Shown in pieces: positions 9,940-19,834 of a stretch of 64,000 nucleotides of DNA. The stretch spans positions 1,817 through 65,816 of the forward strand of contig JBILVK010000006.1 in the NCBI GenBank assembly GCA_044370475.1. Direction: 5' to 3'. Position 1 is the stretch's first letter, and every line of letters starts with the position of its first letter. The notes under the pieces were generated by a model. It was not told the DNA's origin. It did not search any database and saw nothing but the letters and a program-made list of their open reading frames with translations. The DNA comes from Bacteroidia bacterium (lineage in GTDB: Bacteria; Bacteroidota; Bacteroidia; UKL13-3). A program made the position numbers and the translations under genes.

Positions 9940-10328
9940 AAACTGCCTGCAATTCTATTCGCAATTTCTACCATTTCTAAAGATTCTAATTTCAATTTAG
10001 GATTGGCAAAATTCATTTCTTCCATCTTAGAAAAAGGAATCAAATGTATATGTGCATGCGGCACTTCCAATCCCATTACACATACTCCTACCCTGTCGCA
10101 ATTCATTGCCTTTTTAATCGCTAACGCGGTTAACCTCGCAAACTCTAGTAATTTATTATATTCGGTCTGATCCAAATCAAACAAGTAATCTACCTCTCGC
10201 TTTGGTATCACCAATGTATGGCCTTTTGTAAGCGGACTAATATCCAAAAAAGCAAGATGAAATTCGTCCTCAGCTACTTTATAACATGGAATTTCACCTG
10301 CAACAATTTTAGAAAATATACTCGCCAT
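9936..10328 (-). CDS. HIT family (histidine triad) nucleotide hydrolase
   Basis: 130 aa with histidine-triad motif HAHIHLIP. Confidence 0.85.
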   Translation of the reverse strand: MASIFSKIVAGEIPCYKVAEDEFHLAFLDISPLTKGHTLVIPKREVDYLFDLDQTEYNKLLEFARLTALAIKKAMNCDRVGVCVMGLEVPHAHIHLIPFSKMEEMNFANPKLKLESLEMVEIANRIAGSF

Positions 10329-10331
10329 TGC

Positions 10332-10808
10332 TTATAGAGTAATTTCTAACACTTCAAGTTTAATGCTACCTGCAGGCACTGTAACTTCGCAAACATCCCC
10401 AATTTTCTTGTTCATTAAACCAAGGCCAATTGGCGATTTAAAAGAGATTTTACCTGTCTTTAAATCCGCTTCCTTTTCATTCACCAAAGTGTACCAAATT
10501 TCCTTTTTAGAATTATGATTTAATACCCTCACCTTGGTAAGCATCATAACTGTATTCGCATTCAATTTACTTTCATCAATAATTCTAGAAACAGAAAGTA
10601 AGTTTTCCATTTTAGAAATTTTTGCCTCCAATAATCCTTGATCTTCCTTTGCAGCATGATACTCTGCATTTTCACTCAAATCTCCTTTGTCTCTTGCATC
10701 TGCAATTTGCTTGGTAATAAAAGGACGTTGAACATACTTTAAATCGTATATCTCTGCCTTTAATTTCTCCATTCCATCCTTTGTCAAGTAGTTAATCTCT
10801 GCTGCCAT
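10332..10808 (-). CDS. greA: Transcription elongation factor GreA
   Basis: MAAEINYLTKDGMEKLKAEI...GDLSENAEYHAAKE motif. I trimmed the start to the ATG at 10808, because the track's N-terminal extension overlaps the upstream terminator hairpin. Confidence 0.85.
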   Translation of the reverse strand: MAAEINYLTKDGMEKLKAEIYDLKYVQRPFITKQIADARDKGDLSENAEYHAAKEDQGLLEAKISKMENLLSVSRIIDESKLNANTVMMLTKVRVLNHNSKKEIWYTLVNEKEADLKTGKISFKSPIGLGLMNKKIGDVCEVTVPAGSIKLEVLEITL

Positions 10809-10832
10809 AATTCTTCTATTGTTAACGTAATA

Positions 10833-10872
10833 AAAACAAAAGAAACGTTCCGCCAAGGCGAAACGTTTCTTT
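10833..10872 (-). terminator. Intrinsic terminator of the PorV-family operon
   Basis: On the minus strand: AGAAACGTTtCGCC-ttgg-cGGaACGTTTCT followed by tttgttttt. It lies about 30 nt downstream of the stop at 10900. Confidence 0.5.
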
Positions 10873-10899
10873 TATGTAAATACAAATATAGTATAAATA

Positions 10900-12030
10900 T
10901 TATCCTTTTTTACCTCCAACTGTTAGTCTAATACCAACGGTGTGCATACCACTAAAAATTCTAGTAGGCGCATAGGCATAATCAATGGCCATTGAAGTAC
11001 CATTTTTAGATATTGGCAATTGGAAAGTTGCTCCAGCCCATAATCCATAAACTGGATTCATGTACTGTGGATCTGCCATTTCTTTCGTAAACAATTGATT
11101 GTCGCCAGTAACATTATATGCCACCCTTAACATCGCCAATTCTTTGTAAGCATACTCAGCACCAAATCCGTAAACATTAGACTGAAAAGCATTATAATTA
11201 AAGTTAAAAGAACCCGTTAACCTGTGGTAATAAGTGTCTGCAGTTTGGTCTAAACGCATATCATAACCCAAACCAATATTTACCAAGGTTGGCAAGTTAA
11301 ATTTGTCGGCAGAAAAATATGCTTTACGATCGGCTCCTGTTTGAGAGTTAATGGCACGGAATGAAAGTCCAGAACCTCTGTAAGTAAGATCGGGACCAAT
11401 ATTACGCATAGAAATACCCAACCTAAAATCTTCTTTCTTAATCTTGTTTTTCTCTTTCTTAGGATTTAAAGCTGTTTGGTATTGAACACCAAAATCAAAA
11501 GCTATTCCTTGTGCTTTCACATCCTGAATACCCTCAGAAATCAACCTCAATAAAAAACCTCCAGTGATACTGTTAGAGAATTTTTTGGCATAAGATGCAC
11601 CAATGTTTACTACTTGCGGACTAAATGTTGGCAAGGTACCATCTGGGTTATCATAAGTGGTAATTGGAATACTTCCAAAGTCCCACGAAGAGAATCCAAG
11701 GCCAATTACCCCACCATCGCCATTTTCTCCTACTGCCTGAGCCAAACCAAAGTTATTGACAAAAACACCTGAACCTTGTAAGAAACTCATGCGCGAAAAA
11801 GCAACATCTGTTTTGGTGGTATACGCCAAACCGGCAATGTTCAAGTTAAAGGATTCTATTCCACGAACAGATGCAGTATTAGCACCACCATATCCCGCAC
11901 TCCTGGCGTATGGATTAATATTCAATTGAGTAGCACCCGCTCCTCCCGAACGATCAGGATTTCCTCCGAATACTTGGCTGCTAACAAGTAGCATTCCAAT
12001 TAATCCAAATTTTGTTATAGCTATCTTCAT
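10900..12030 (-). CDS. PorV/PorQ-family outer-membrane beta-barrel (T9SS cargo-shuttle family)
   Basis: Signal peptide MKIAITKFGLIGMLLVSSQVFG. Family-typical N-terminus SGGAGATQLNINPYARSAGYGGANTASVRGIESFNLNIAGLAY. About 375 aa of alternating beta-strand pattern. I prefer the start at 12030; the track ORF extends to 12066. Confidence 0.65.
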   Translation of the reverse strand: MKIAITKFGLIGMLLVSSQVFGGNPDRSGGAGATQLNINPYARSAGYGGANTASVRGIESFNLNIAGLAYTTKTDVAFSRMSFLQGSGVFVNNFGLAQAVGENGDGGVIGLGFSSWDFGSIPITTYDNPDGTLPTFSPQVVNIGASYAKKFSNSITGGFLLRLISEGIQDVKAQGIAFDFGVQYQTALNPKKEKNKIKKEDFRLGISMRNIGPDLTYRGSGLSFRAINSQTGADRKAYFSADKFNLPTLVNIGLGYDMRLDQTADTYYHRLTGSFNFNYNAFQSNVYGFGAEYAYKELAMLRVAYNVTGDNQLFTKEMADPQYMNPVYGLWAGATFQLPISKNGTSMAIDYAYAPTRIFSGMHTVGIRLTVGGKKG

Positions 12031-12066
12031 ATTACTATTTTTTTTCAAGTTAATAATGACATCCAA

Positions 12067-15000
12067 TTAGAATGTATCAAAATCCGCTGGACGCATAATT
12101 CCAAACCATTTAATCACTCTTTCACCAATTCCATCTGCATACACATGTACCAAATAAACACCACTCGAAATAGGCACATTTGCATCATTTTTCAAATCCC
12201 ACTCTAAATAGGTTTTGCTATCATCATCTTTCTTAACTCTTCTTACCAAGAAACCACTTTGTGTATAGATAGAAACCACACATTTCTTAGGAAGGTTAAT
12301 GATTCTTACACGTGTGTCTAATTGATTGCCTGGATCTTCATAACCAGCATAAGCATAATAAGGATTTGGTGTTAAAGAAACCATATCTAAAGCATTCTTT
12401 CCAATCTCTTTGGTGCCAATTGTTGGTGCCAAATCAGTAGTAGAGAAAGTGTATAACGGCAAGCTATCATTCACAGATGCACCATCTAAAGGCGCTAATT
12501 TAGCATATGGACGCTTCACGTTAATATTGATTTTCACCTCGCATGGAATTCCTCCACCATTGGTAGTTAAATCACCCAATACTGTTTTTGGAGTAACCAA
12601 TGTCATACTCACCCACATAGCTTGTGAATACAAATAACGCAAGTTAATAGGCTGTCCATTTTCAACTTTGGTTAACAATTCATTGTAGCTGGCGCCTTCG
12701 TCATACCTAGGTCCTCTGTATAACACTGTACCAGACAATTTAAATGGTTTTGACCCCATTACATAAATATGATGCTTACCACCCATTTTATAGTCCAAAC
12801 CAGCCATTGTTTGAGTCACCAAGGTGCTTGTTGGATTCCAAACCATATCTGTTCCATTTTCCAATGGCAGCGACGAATCTTCAGCAAACATCATGTTTAA
12901 GCGCTCTCCAGTTTCTTTGTTAATTGCATAACCAGGGAACCAACCCATTCCATTTCCAGTTCCATCTGGTTTGCCATCTTTACCTACCGATGGAGATCTT
13001 CTCCTGTTCATTTTAGGAGCATTACCAACGTTTAAGGCAGTGTTTTCACCCGCTTCAATCACCACACAACGAGACCATTTTGTCTTGTCTGGAGTTATCA
13101 CAACCAAAACACTTCTTAAATCAGACAATGGATTGTCTGTAGAATAACCACCAGTACCTGCAGCCCAAGCTGGACCATAAGTTGGTTGTGGACTAACAGC
13201 CCTTGCAGCTAATGAATAAGGAGCCCAAGTTCCTTCAACAACTTTATTGTATTGTCTTCTAGGGTCAATTGGACGTTTAGCAGTACCTACTGCTTCTGCA
13301 AAATCATGCTCATATGGATTGGTAAATCCAGGAGTTCCTGTATTTCCAGCCCTGATCCAATTAAATGGAACCAATGAAGCCATCTCATCTGAGATACCTG
13401 GTAACCATTCGTTGGTAGGATCTGAATATTCTTTGGTAGAAGATAAGAATCCATTGGCGTCATCATTGATATTGTCTGGCTGACCAGGACCTACCACTTG
13501 ATTTACAGAAATACTCAAACCTAATTCTGCAAACAATTGCTCGTTTCTGTTTGCAATATTGGTCTCACCATAATATTTGGCACCCGTTTCTAAATTGGTT
13601 AAAATCCATTTTGTAGAATCTGCAGTTAAGCTATCCGCTTTTACAGATGAAGCCGAAGAATCTCTTAACCTTAATTCAAAATTTGAACTTGGAACTTTAA
13701 ATGGATCTACTACTTTAATAATCACAGGTCCACTACCTCTAGCATAAGTTGGAGTTGGAACGTAATAAGGAGTAAGTAATGCTTTTTCTATGGTAGCTTG
13801 ACTTAATAACAAGGCATTACCAGAGTTGCCAATACCTTCGTATTTGGTGATCTCAGGACCATCGCCCCAGAAAGTATTCAAATTAGTTCCTTGGTTATGT
13901 GGAGTTGGTTTGTGTGGTACACCTCCCCAAACTTTAATTGCAGTACCATCTAACATTTTACGTCCAGCTAAATATTGTGTTGCGTCTACAGAACAGTTAG
14001 TAGCACTTGCATAAGCAACCAATAGGTAATAGTAATTTTGAAAGTTTACCAAAGTAGGATCAGATAAGGTAGAGAATGCATCTTTCGTAATTTTAATACT
14101 ATGTCTTACACCTTTGTCTTCTCCAGATACCATGATTTTTTTCACTGAACCCAAATCTGGATCATTCACCATGTTTACCATCAATCCATTACCATCTTGT
14201 ACATCGCACTGAGCTACTAAACGAGCTTCCTCCGTATTGTATAAATCACTTGGAGTAGAATTTCTCTTTAATTGAAAAATTTGATACCCTTGAAATTTAT
14301 AATTTGTCTTATTTGAGCATAAGCCTGCAGATGAATCACGGTAAGACTCTGTAACCTGATAATTGGTAATATTCAAAATCAACTCTCTATCTAACTCAAC
14401 AACATCAATGGTTGGAACCCTTGGTCCGTCCACAATATTGAAGTTGTTTTTATAAAGAACATAAGCTTTATCTGAAGCTTCTTTTAACAAGTTAAATGAA
14501 CCTGTAGCACCTCCTGTAGTAGCACGTGCCCAAACAACTGCAACAGTTACCTCATTTTTTGAACCAGGCAATAAACTAAATGTACCTGCAGTTTGTAAAA
14601 AACGTCTATCACCAGGATTATTTCCTGCAATACGCTCTGTCCAATCAGCTCTTCCAGCTGGATCTGTTTTACCAGGGAACATAAAACTAGCTGTATCTGT
14701 ACCTCCACGACCATTACCACCGTAAGTGATATTTAAACCATCTTTCCAACGTCCATTCAAGTAATTCCAATAGTGCTCAGGACGTGATGGGTTTCCTGTT
14801 ACAGAGAAGTCATTATTGTAATATACAAATTTTGTTAAACCAATTTCTGAGGTATCTGATCCTACGATGCGACTTGGACCTTCAAAGAAGTTTACTCCCA
14901 CACTTGGTGGATTTAAACCGTATCCTAAAATACCCTCATCGTTATCATCTCCATTGTAGCAAATACCTAAGTTTCTTTTCACATCGCACTCAACATAGTC

Positions 15001-15900
15001 ATCAGAGTAGTTACCTAAATCGGCATCAACCCACTGACCAAAAATACAGCTATCAATTGTCTCTGTACTTCTATTATAGATAGTAGTACGATAGAATGTC
15101 ATGTTGTTAATTTCATCATTGGTAGAATATGCAAAACTTTGTGTATGCAATTCTAATCCAATTGGTAAACCTTCCGATTCAGAGTGAATATTACCTTTAT
15201 CATTGTAAATAGTATACAACATCATATCAGGAATATTGCTCAATACATTATGGTCGAACGAAGGGAAATCACCTTCTTTATACTCATAAAGACCATTATT
15301 GTTCATGTCGTAAAATGGAGCTAAATACTGAGCTTCACCTAAACCATCCAATATGGGATTTCCTGGCCATGTAGCAATTCCATCAATTGGATTGTCCCAA
15401 AGCGATTGATTATTGGTAAATTCTTCAATTTCAGCTAAAGTAACCTTCCAAATTTTATCATACGATTTACAACGTGCTGCAGAAATGGAAGCCGAACCAT
15501 CAATTTGTAAAGCACCTGGGTAATAGTCATTACCACTTTGGCGATAGGTTTGAGCAGCAATTCTTAAATTTCCTTGGGTAATTCCACCAATCCACAAAGC
15601 ACCAGAAAACAAAGAATGCTTAGATGTTTGTCCAGATTCTACCTTTGGTACTTCGTAACGGGCATTTTGTAAATTCCACCAAACATCCCCTCCATTTAAA
15701 ATGGTAGTACGAACGTTATTCAAATCTAAATCCTTTTGTTGAGTTGCAGCAGCACAACCCGCACCCATCTTTGCTAAGGATGGCTTAGAGGTCTTTTTTA
15801 GCTGACCAATATTCTCCTTTGCCATACCTGCCTGCCCAAACACTAACATTGCGGCAGCAAAGGCAAATGATTTTACAATTCCAAATGTATATTTTTTCAT
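12067..15900 (-). CDS. Very large secreted protein of unknown family with a C-terminal CTD-like (FlgD-Ig or T9SS-type) beta-sandwich
   Basis: 1277 aa with a signal peptide. The C-terminus reads LTPNPYYAYAGYED...RVRIINLPKKCVVSIYTQSGFLVRRV...WDLKNDANVPISSGVYLVHVYADG...IKWFGIMR. It directly abuts the PorV-family gene. I saw no C25 peptidase-type motifs by eye. Confidence 0.5.
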   Translation of the reverse strand: MKKYTFGIVKSFAFAAAMLVFGQAGMAKENIGQLKKTSKPSLAKMGAGCAAATQQKDLDLNNVRTTILNGGDVWWNLQNARYEVPKVESGQTSKHSLFSGALWIGGITQGNLRIAAQTYRQSGNDYYPGALQIDGSASISAARCKSYDKIWKVTLAEIEEFTNNQSLWDNPIDGIATWPGNPILDGLGEAQYLAPFYDMNNNGLYEYKEGDFPSFDHNVLSNIPDMMLYTIYNDKGNIHSESEGLPIGLELHTQSFAYSTNDEINNMTFYRTTIYNRSTETIDSCIFGQWVDADLGNYSDDYVECDVKRNLGICYNGDDNDEGILGYGLNPPSVGVNFFEGPSRIVGSDTSEIGLTKFVYYNNDFSVTGNPSRPEHYWNYLNGRWKDGLNITYGGNGRGGTDTASFMFPGKTDPAGRADWTERIAGNNPGDRRFLQTAGTFSLLPGSKNEVTVAVVWARATTGGATGSFNLLKEASDKAYVLYKNNFNIVDGPRVPTIDVVELDRELILNITNYQVTESYRDSSAGLCSNKTNYKFQGYQIFQLKRNSTPSDLYNTEEARLVAQCDVQDGNGLMVNMVNDPDLGSVKKIMVSGEDKGVRHSIKITKDAFSTLSDPTLVNFQNYYYLLVAYASATNCSVDATQYLAGRKMLDGTAIKVWGGVPHKPTPHNQGTNLNTFWGDGPEITKYEGIGNSGNALLLSQATIEKALLTPYYVPTPTYARGSGPVIIKVVDPFKVPSSNFELRLRDSSASSVKADSLTADSTKWILTNLETGAKYYGETNIANRNEQLFAELGLSISVNQVVGPGQPDNINDDANGFLSSTKEYSDPTNEWLPGISDEMASLVPFNWIRAGNTGTPGFTNPYEHDFAEAVGTAKRPIDPRRQYNKVVEGTWAPYSLAARAVSPQPTYGPAWAAGTGGYSTDNPLSDLRSVLVVITPDKTKWSRCVVIEAGENTALNVGNAPKMNRRRSPSVGKDGKPDGTGNGMGWFPGYAINKETGERLNMMFAEDSSLPLENGTDMVWNPTSTLVTQTMAGLDYKMGGKHHIYVMGSKPFKLSGTVLYRGPRYDEGASYNELLTKVENGQPINLRYLYSQAMWVSMTLVTPKTVLGDLTTNGGGIPCEVKININVKRPYAKLAPLDGASVNDSLPLYTFSTTDLAPTIGTKEIGKNALDMVSLTPNPYYAYAGYEDPGNQLDTRVRIINLPKKCVVSIYTQSGFLVRRVKKDDDSKTYLEWDLKNDANVPISSGVYLVHVYADGIGERVIKWFGIMRPADFDTF

Positions 15901-15931
15901 AATCGATGCTTTTTATATTAAACTATAATAA

Positions 15932-18900
15932 TTAGAAATATAAGGCAAGTCCCAAACGTGTTAACCTTGGTAAGGCAAAACGATCTGGATTCACCATCCT
16001 GATATTATATAAGTCAACATATGACTGCTGATTGGTTGCAGTCTCAACTTGCTCTTGTGAAGCAGGAGAAGATAAGAAACCATCATTGTAGGCAGAACCT
16101 GTATAACGATATACTCCGGTTACGTTAGCAGTATTCATTAAATTCTGAACCATGATGAATGCACGCAAACGATAAACAGTTGTAGAACCGTCAATCTTCT
16201 TGTTCTTAAACATAAACGATTTGTCTATGTTCAAATCCACATTGAATTGTGGTGGCAAGTTTGCTCCATTGATGGTTCCTTTTACCGGACTCCTTACTAC
16301 AACTCCAGATTGAACACCACCTGGTGTTGGATTCAAATCTTGGGTATAAGGTCTTCCAGAATAACCATTGAAACTTACGTTGAAACCTGCATTTTCAAAT
16401 ATTCTTTTACCGTTTACAATTGGACCAGTATACTCTTTTACGCCTTCTTTGTAATGGTAATCAAAGATGAATTTGAAAGTATGACGGGTATCAAAATCCA
16501 TTGGAACCAAAGTACGTAAAGTTGGCAAACCTACTTGGATTAATGCACTACTTGAATTTGCATTTGAACCAGTACCATCTGCAAATTGCAATTGGTAGTT
16601 AGCGGTTATGGTAATATTCCCTAACTCTCTAACATTGTATTCTAAACCAATACTCTTTACAGTAGAAAAGTCTAAGTTACCGTAAGTAGTATAATCATTT
16701 GGCCAAGCTTGAACGTAACGATACAATTGAATCAAGTTTCTGTATTCACGGTAAGAAGCAATAATTCCTAATGCTGCATCTTGTCCAATTTGCTGACGGA
16801 AACCAATTTCATAATCCGTTACCTGAGTCATTTTCAAATCTGGATTTGCAATTGCTCCACCACTCAAACGATTTTGCAAATAGAAATAATCATCTATCTG
16901 ACCTACGTTTGCATTTGGTCTTTGGGTTAAGATATCATAAGTACCAAAGAACTGTGAAGTAGTTGAAATAGGGAATGAGAACCATATACGAGGTAACAAT
17001 TTAATGTCTGGCACATAATCTGTAAACGAAGCTGCAGTTGGCAACTGAGGATTTTTTGGATCAACCAATAATGGCATATTTCTATTGGTTTTAGCTTCCC
17101 TGGCAATTTGTTGAGGATCTGTTATTGGATTACCATTTTTATCGTACCATTTGTTTCCATCACGGTATCCCATAAACTTAGCGTTGGTTACTCCAGCACT
17201 AGAAGCTTGTTGGTCTGGATCTTTATCTACATAAGGAATAAAATTATCACCAATGGTGGTAGGAATATTTCCAGCATCTAAAATACCTAATTTCTTAGCT
17301 TCACCTACAGTATACAATGGAACCATTGAATATGGATCTTTTAATACCGCTTGGTTCGCATCAAAACGCTCCATACGCACACCAACCCTTACAATTAAAT
17401 CTTTAAATACAAATTTGTCCTGAACCCAAGCAGCAAAATAAGTTGGCTGATAAGATGGCAACAAACGTGCATTTGAATCTGTTAAGAAATCATTGATGCT
17501 TGGGCGCTTTCTTACTATTCTACCCAAATGATCATAACCAGAATAGCTTACCACACTGTTACCATTGTTCAACAATTCATTAGCAGAGAACATATCCAAT
17601 GAATAATCTGATGGCTTGTACGAGTTAACATCAATAAATGAATATTGATCAATTGGTTTACCATATGGATCAACTGCGCCATTAGCAATTAACCTGTTTC
17701 TAAAGTTCTTATCAAAATTTGTTTGCTCTGAAGCAACAATTTTCCTTTTAAAATTAACTGTATCATTAAATACTCCATTCTGGTCAACACCTACTGAATA
17801 TAAAGCAGAATCTAATCCAGAGAATTGTCTGTTTGCATACAACCTAGCCATTGTCCACAAGCCTGTGGTTCCTAATGAATAACTTCTTCTAAATTGTTGC
17901 TCAACATTTAAACCAATTTGGATTTCATGCTTAGCTTTTGGATTGCTTTTTGGCGCAATGCTAAACTCACTTTGAATGTATAAGTTAAAGGCCTCATTCA
18001 TGCTTTTTCCGTAACCAGCTTGTTGTGCTCCTACGTTACCCCACATGTTTGAGTAAATACCGTTAGGGCCATCACCATTAATTAATCCACCTACCTGGCG
18101 AACTGCTCCTGGTGACCTTAACATATTTGAACCAAAATAGTCATATACCGATCTGGTGTAGTTACCTCTTACCTCATTGTAATTTTTATCTTGCTCAAAA
18201 GCATACAAGGTATCTCTGTAACCTACATGCCTGTAGTAGTCTGTTAAATACAATAAATCACCATTTTCAGTTCTAAAAGTATCTGCCGAACTACCCAACC
18301 CTTTAATAATACGAGCATAATTTGGTGCAGAATAAGTAGTAAACTTACCTACATAACCATAATTAAAGAAATCTCTCTGATGCTCAGCATCCATTGATTC
18401 TCCATAACCTCTTTCATACGATAAACGCACGCTGTAATAAGCATTGCTAATATTAGAGGCTTTTTTCTTAGCTTCCTCGTCTTTGTCTTTATTTTCGTTT
18501 TTAAATGTTTGGGTAAATTGTAAGTATGCCCTTGTGGTATAATTTCTTTGAAATCCATTGTTGGCAGAATTTAACAAAGAATTGAATGAATTCCAGTTAA
18601 CACCTTGACTATAGTTTCCATAATAACCCAAACGAACATTGATATTATTGGTAGGTTGGAAGTTAAAGTTACCACTCAAATCTGCACTATATGAATTTAC
18701 ATTCTGACGAACATTCACTTTCTCTAAATCTGCATTGGTTAAATACTCTGCTGCTGGAAACAAAGATCCTGCCGCTCCTGGTACAAGGGGAGTTTGTTGA
18801 ATTTGCTTTAACTTCTCGTCTTTAACTTTGTATAAATCTACTGCCGATAAACTCTTTGAATAAGTAAATGCACCCGAAACTAAGAAGCCTAATATAACAC

Positions 18901-19723
18901 GCTCCTCAGATCCTCTTCCTTTATTAATGGTCTTAATTGGACCTGATAAAAACCCTTGAACATTGTTGTATTGACTGTTGTCTAAATAACCAGTGAAAGG
19001 CGATGCAGTTGTAACCTCTATTCCGCCTAACAAGGTTTTTGTAGGGGCTTTAGTAGTAATTGAAATTGCTCCTCCCACAAAGTCGCCATATTGTGCTGGA
19101 GTACCACCTGTAATTACTTGAATTTGATCAATGGCATTGGCAGGAATATTGGTAGAACCACTTTGCACACGAACACCATCAATATAATATGCAGTACCAT
19201 CTGCACGCGAACCACGGAATATAGGAGTACCTCCCGACCTAGATTCAACACCTAAGGCTGTACCGGCAATTTTATCTACACTACGTGTTCCTAAAGCCAA
19301 AATTTCCTTATTGGTCTTAACGTCTCCTTTAACCCCGCCTGGATCTACCAAAGCCTTTTTGTGCTTAATGATAACCTCATTTAGCGTAGTACCATCAGAT
19401 GGATCCATTCCAAAGTTTACAAATCGATCTTCTTCAGGCGCAATGTTAATGCTCTGAATGGTTACGTTTTTGTAACCTACAAAAGAGGCAAACAAATCGT
19501 ATTCACCTGGTTGTAAGGTCTTAATTACGTAGCCTCCATCGTCGTCTGTCATGGTTGTAGCCTTAGTAACACCATTTAACTTAATGGTGATACTCACAAA
19601 ATCCATTGGCTTTTTAGTTTTATTGTCCTTTACAGTTCCCCTTAATGTTCCCATTCCTGATTGGGCATGTAAGGCAATCTGAAAGCCGAATAAAACGGCG
19701 AGTAAAATGTATATTTTCTTCAT
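15932..19723 (-). CDS. Oversized TonB-dependent-receptor-like outer membrane protein (CarboxypepD_reg-like domain, plug and a long barrel; Oar-like)
   Basis: 1263 aa. Signal peptide, then GTLRGTVKDNKTKKPMDFVSITI...GGYVIKTLQPGEYDL (carboxypeptidase regulatory-like). Plug motifs IFRGSRADGTAYYIDGVRV and IQVITGGTPAQYGDFVGGAISITTK. Terminal RLGLALYF. It sits 31 nt upstream of the 1277-aa gene. Confidence 0.8.
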   Translation of the reverse strand: MKKIYILLAVLFGFQIALHAQSGMGTLRGTVKDNKTKKPMDFVSITIKLNGVTKATTMTDDDGGYVIKTLQPGEYDLFASFVGYKNVTIQSINIAPEEDRFVNFGMDPSDGTTLNEVIIKHKKALVDPGGVKGDVKTNKEILALGTRSVDKIAGTALGVESRSGGTPIFRGSRADGTAYYIDGVRVQSGSTNIPANAIDQIQVITGGTPAQYGDFVGGAISITTKAPTKTLLGGIEVTTASPFTGYLDNSQYNNVQGFLSGPIKTINKGRGSEERVILGFLVSGAFTYSKSLSAVDLYKVKDEKLKQIQQTPLVPGAAGSLFPAAEYLTNADLEKVNVRQNVNSYSADLSGNFNFQPTNNINVRLGYYGNYSQGVNWNSFNSLLNSANNGFQRNYTTRAYLQFTQTFKNENKDKDEEAKKKASNISNAYYSVRLSYERGYGESMDAEHQRDFFNYGYVGKFTTYSAPNYARIIKGLGSSADTFRTENGDLLYLTDYYRHVGYRDTLYAFEQDKNYNEVRGNYTRSVYDYFGSNMLRSPGAVRQVGGLINGDGPNGIYSNMWGNVGAQQAGYGKSMNEAFNLYIQSEFSIAPKSNPKAKHEIQIGLNVEQQFRRSYSLGTTGLWTMARLYANRQFSGLDSALYSVGVDQNGVFNDTVNFKRKIVASEQTNFDKNFRNRLIANGAVDPYGKPIDQYSFIDVNSYKPSDYSLDMFSANELLNNGNSVVSYSGYDHLGRIVRKRPSINDFLTDSNARLLPSYQPTYFAAWVQDKFVFKDLIVRVGVRMERFDANQAVLKDPYSMVPLYTVGEAKKLGILDAGNIPTTIGDNFIPYVDKDPDQQASSAGVTNAKFMGYRDGNKWYDKNGNPITDPQQIAREAKTNRNMPLLVDPKNPQLPTAASFTDYVPDIKLLPRIWFSFPISTTSQFFGTYDILTQRPNANVGQIDDYFYLQNRLSGGAIANPDLKMTQVTDYEIGFRQQIGQDAALGIIASYREYRNLIQLYRYVQAWPNDYTTYGNLDFSTVKSIGLEYNVRELGNITITANYQLQFADGTGSNANSSSALIQVGLPTLRTLVPMDFDTRHTFKFIFDYHYKEGVKEYTGPIVNGKRIFENAGFNVSFNGYSGRPYTQDLNPTPGGVQSGVVVRSPVKGTINGANLPPQFNVDLNIDKSFMFKNKKIDGSTTVYRLRAFIMVQNLMNTANVTGVYRYTGSAYNDGFLSSPASQEQVETATNQQSYVDLYNIRMVNPDRFALPRLTRLGLALYF

Positions 19724-19834
19724 TTGACGTAGAATTTACTATTTCAAAACAATTTTTTAAGAGCGGTAAAATAAAGTAGTTAAATTGAAAATAACAAAAT
19801 CTATTTACCCCAAAACCAAACCGAATAACAATTT

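Noticed and set aside
10809-10856. N-terminal extension of GreA (MAERFFCFYYVNNRRI...).
   Set aside because: The extension is encoded by the terminator hairpin of the upstream operon. GreA homologues begin close to the MAAEINYLT Met.
12067-15900. Calling the 1277-aa protein PorU (T9SS sortase), because it lies immediately upstream of a PorV-family gene and has a PorU-like length.
   Set aside because: I could not find the C25 peptidase-type His/Cys catalytic context or other PorU-like blocks by eye. Synteny and length alone are insufficient, so I left it as unknown family pending an HMM search.
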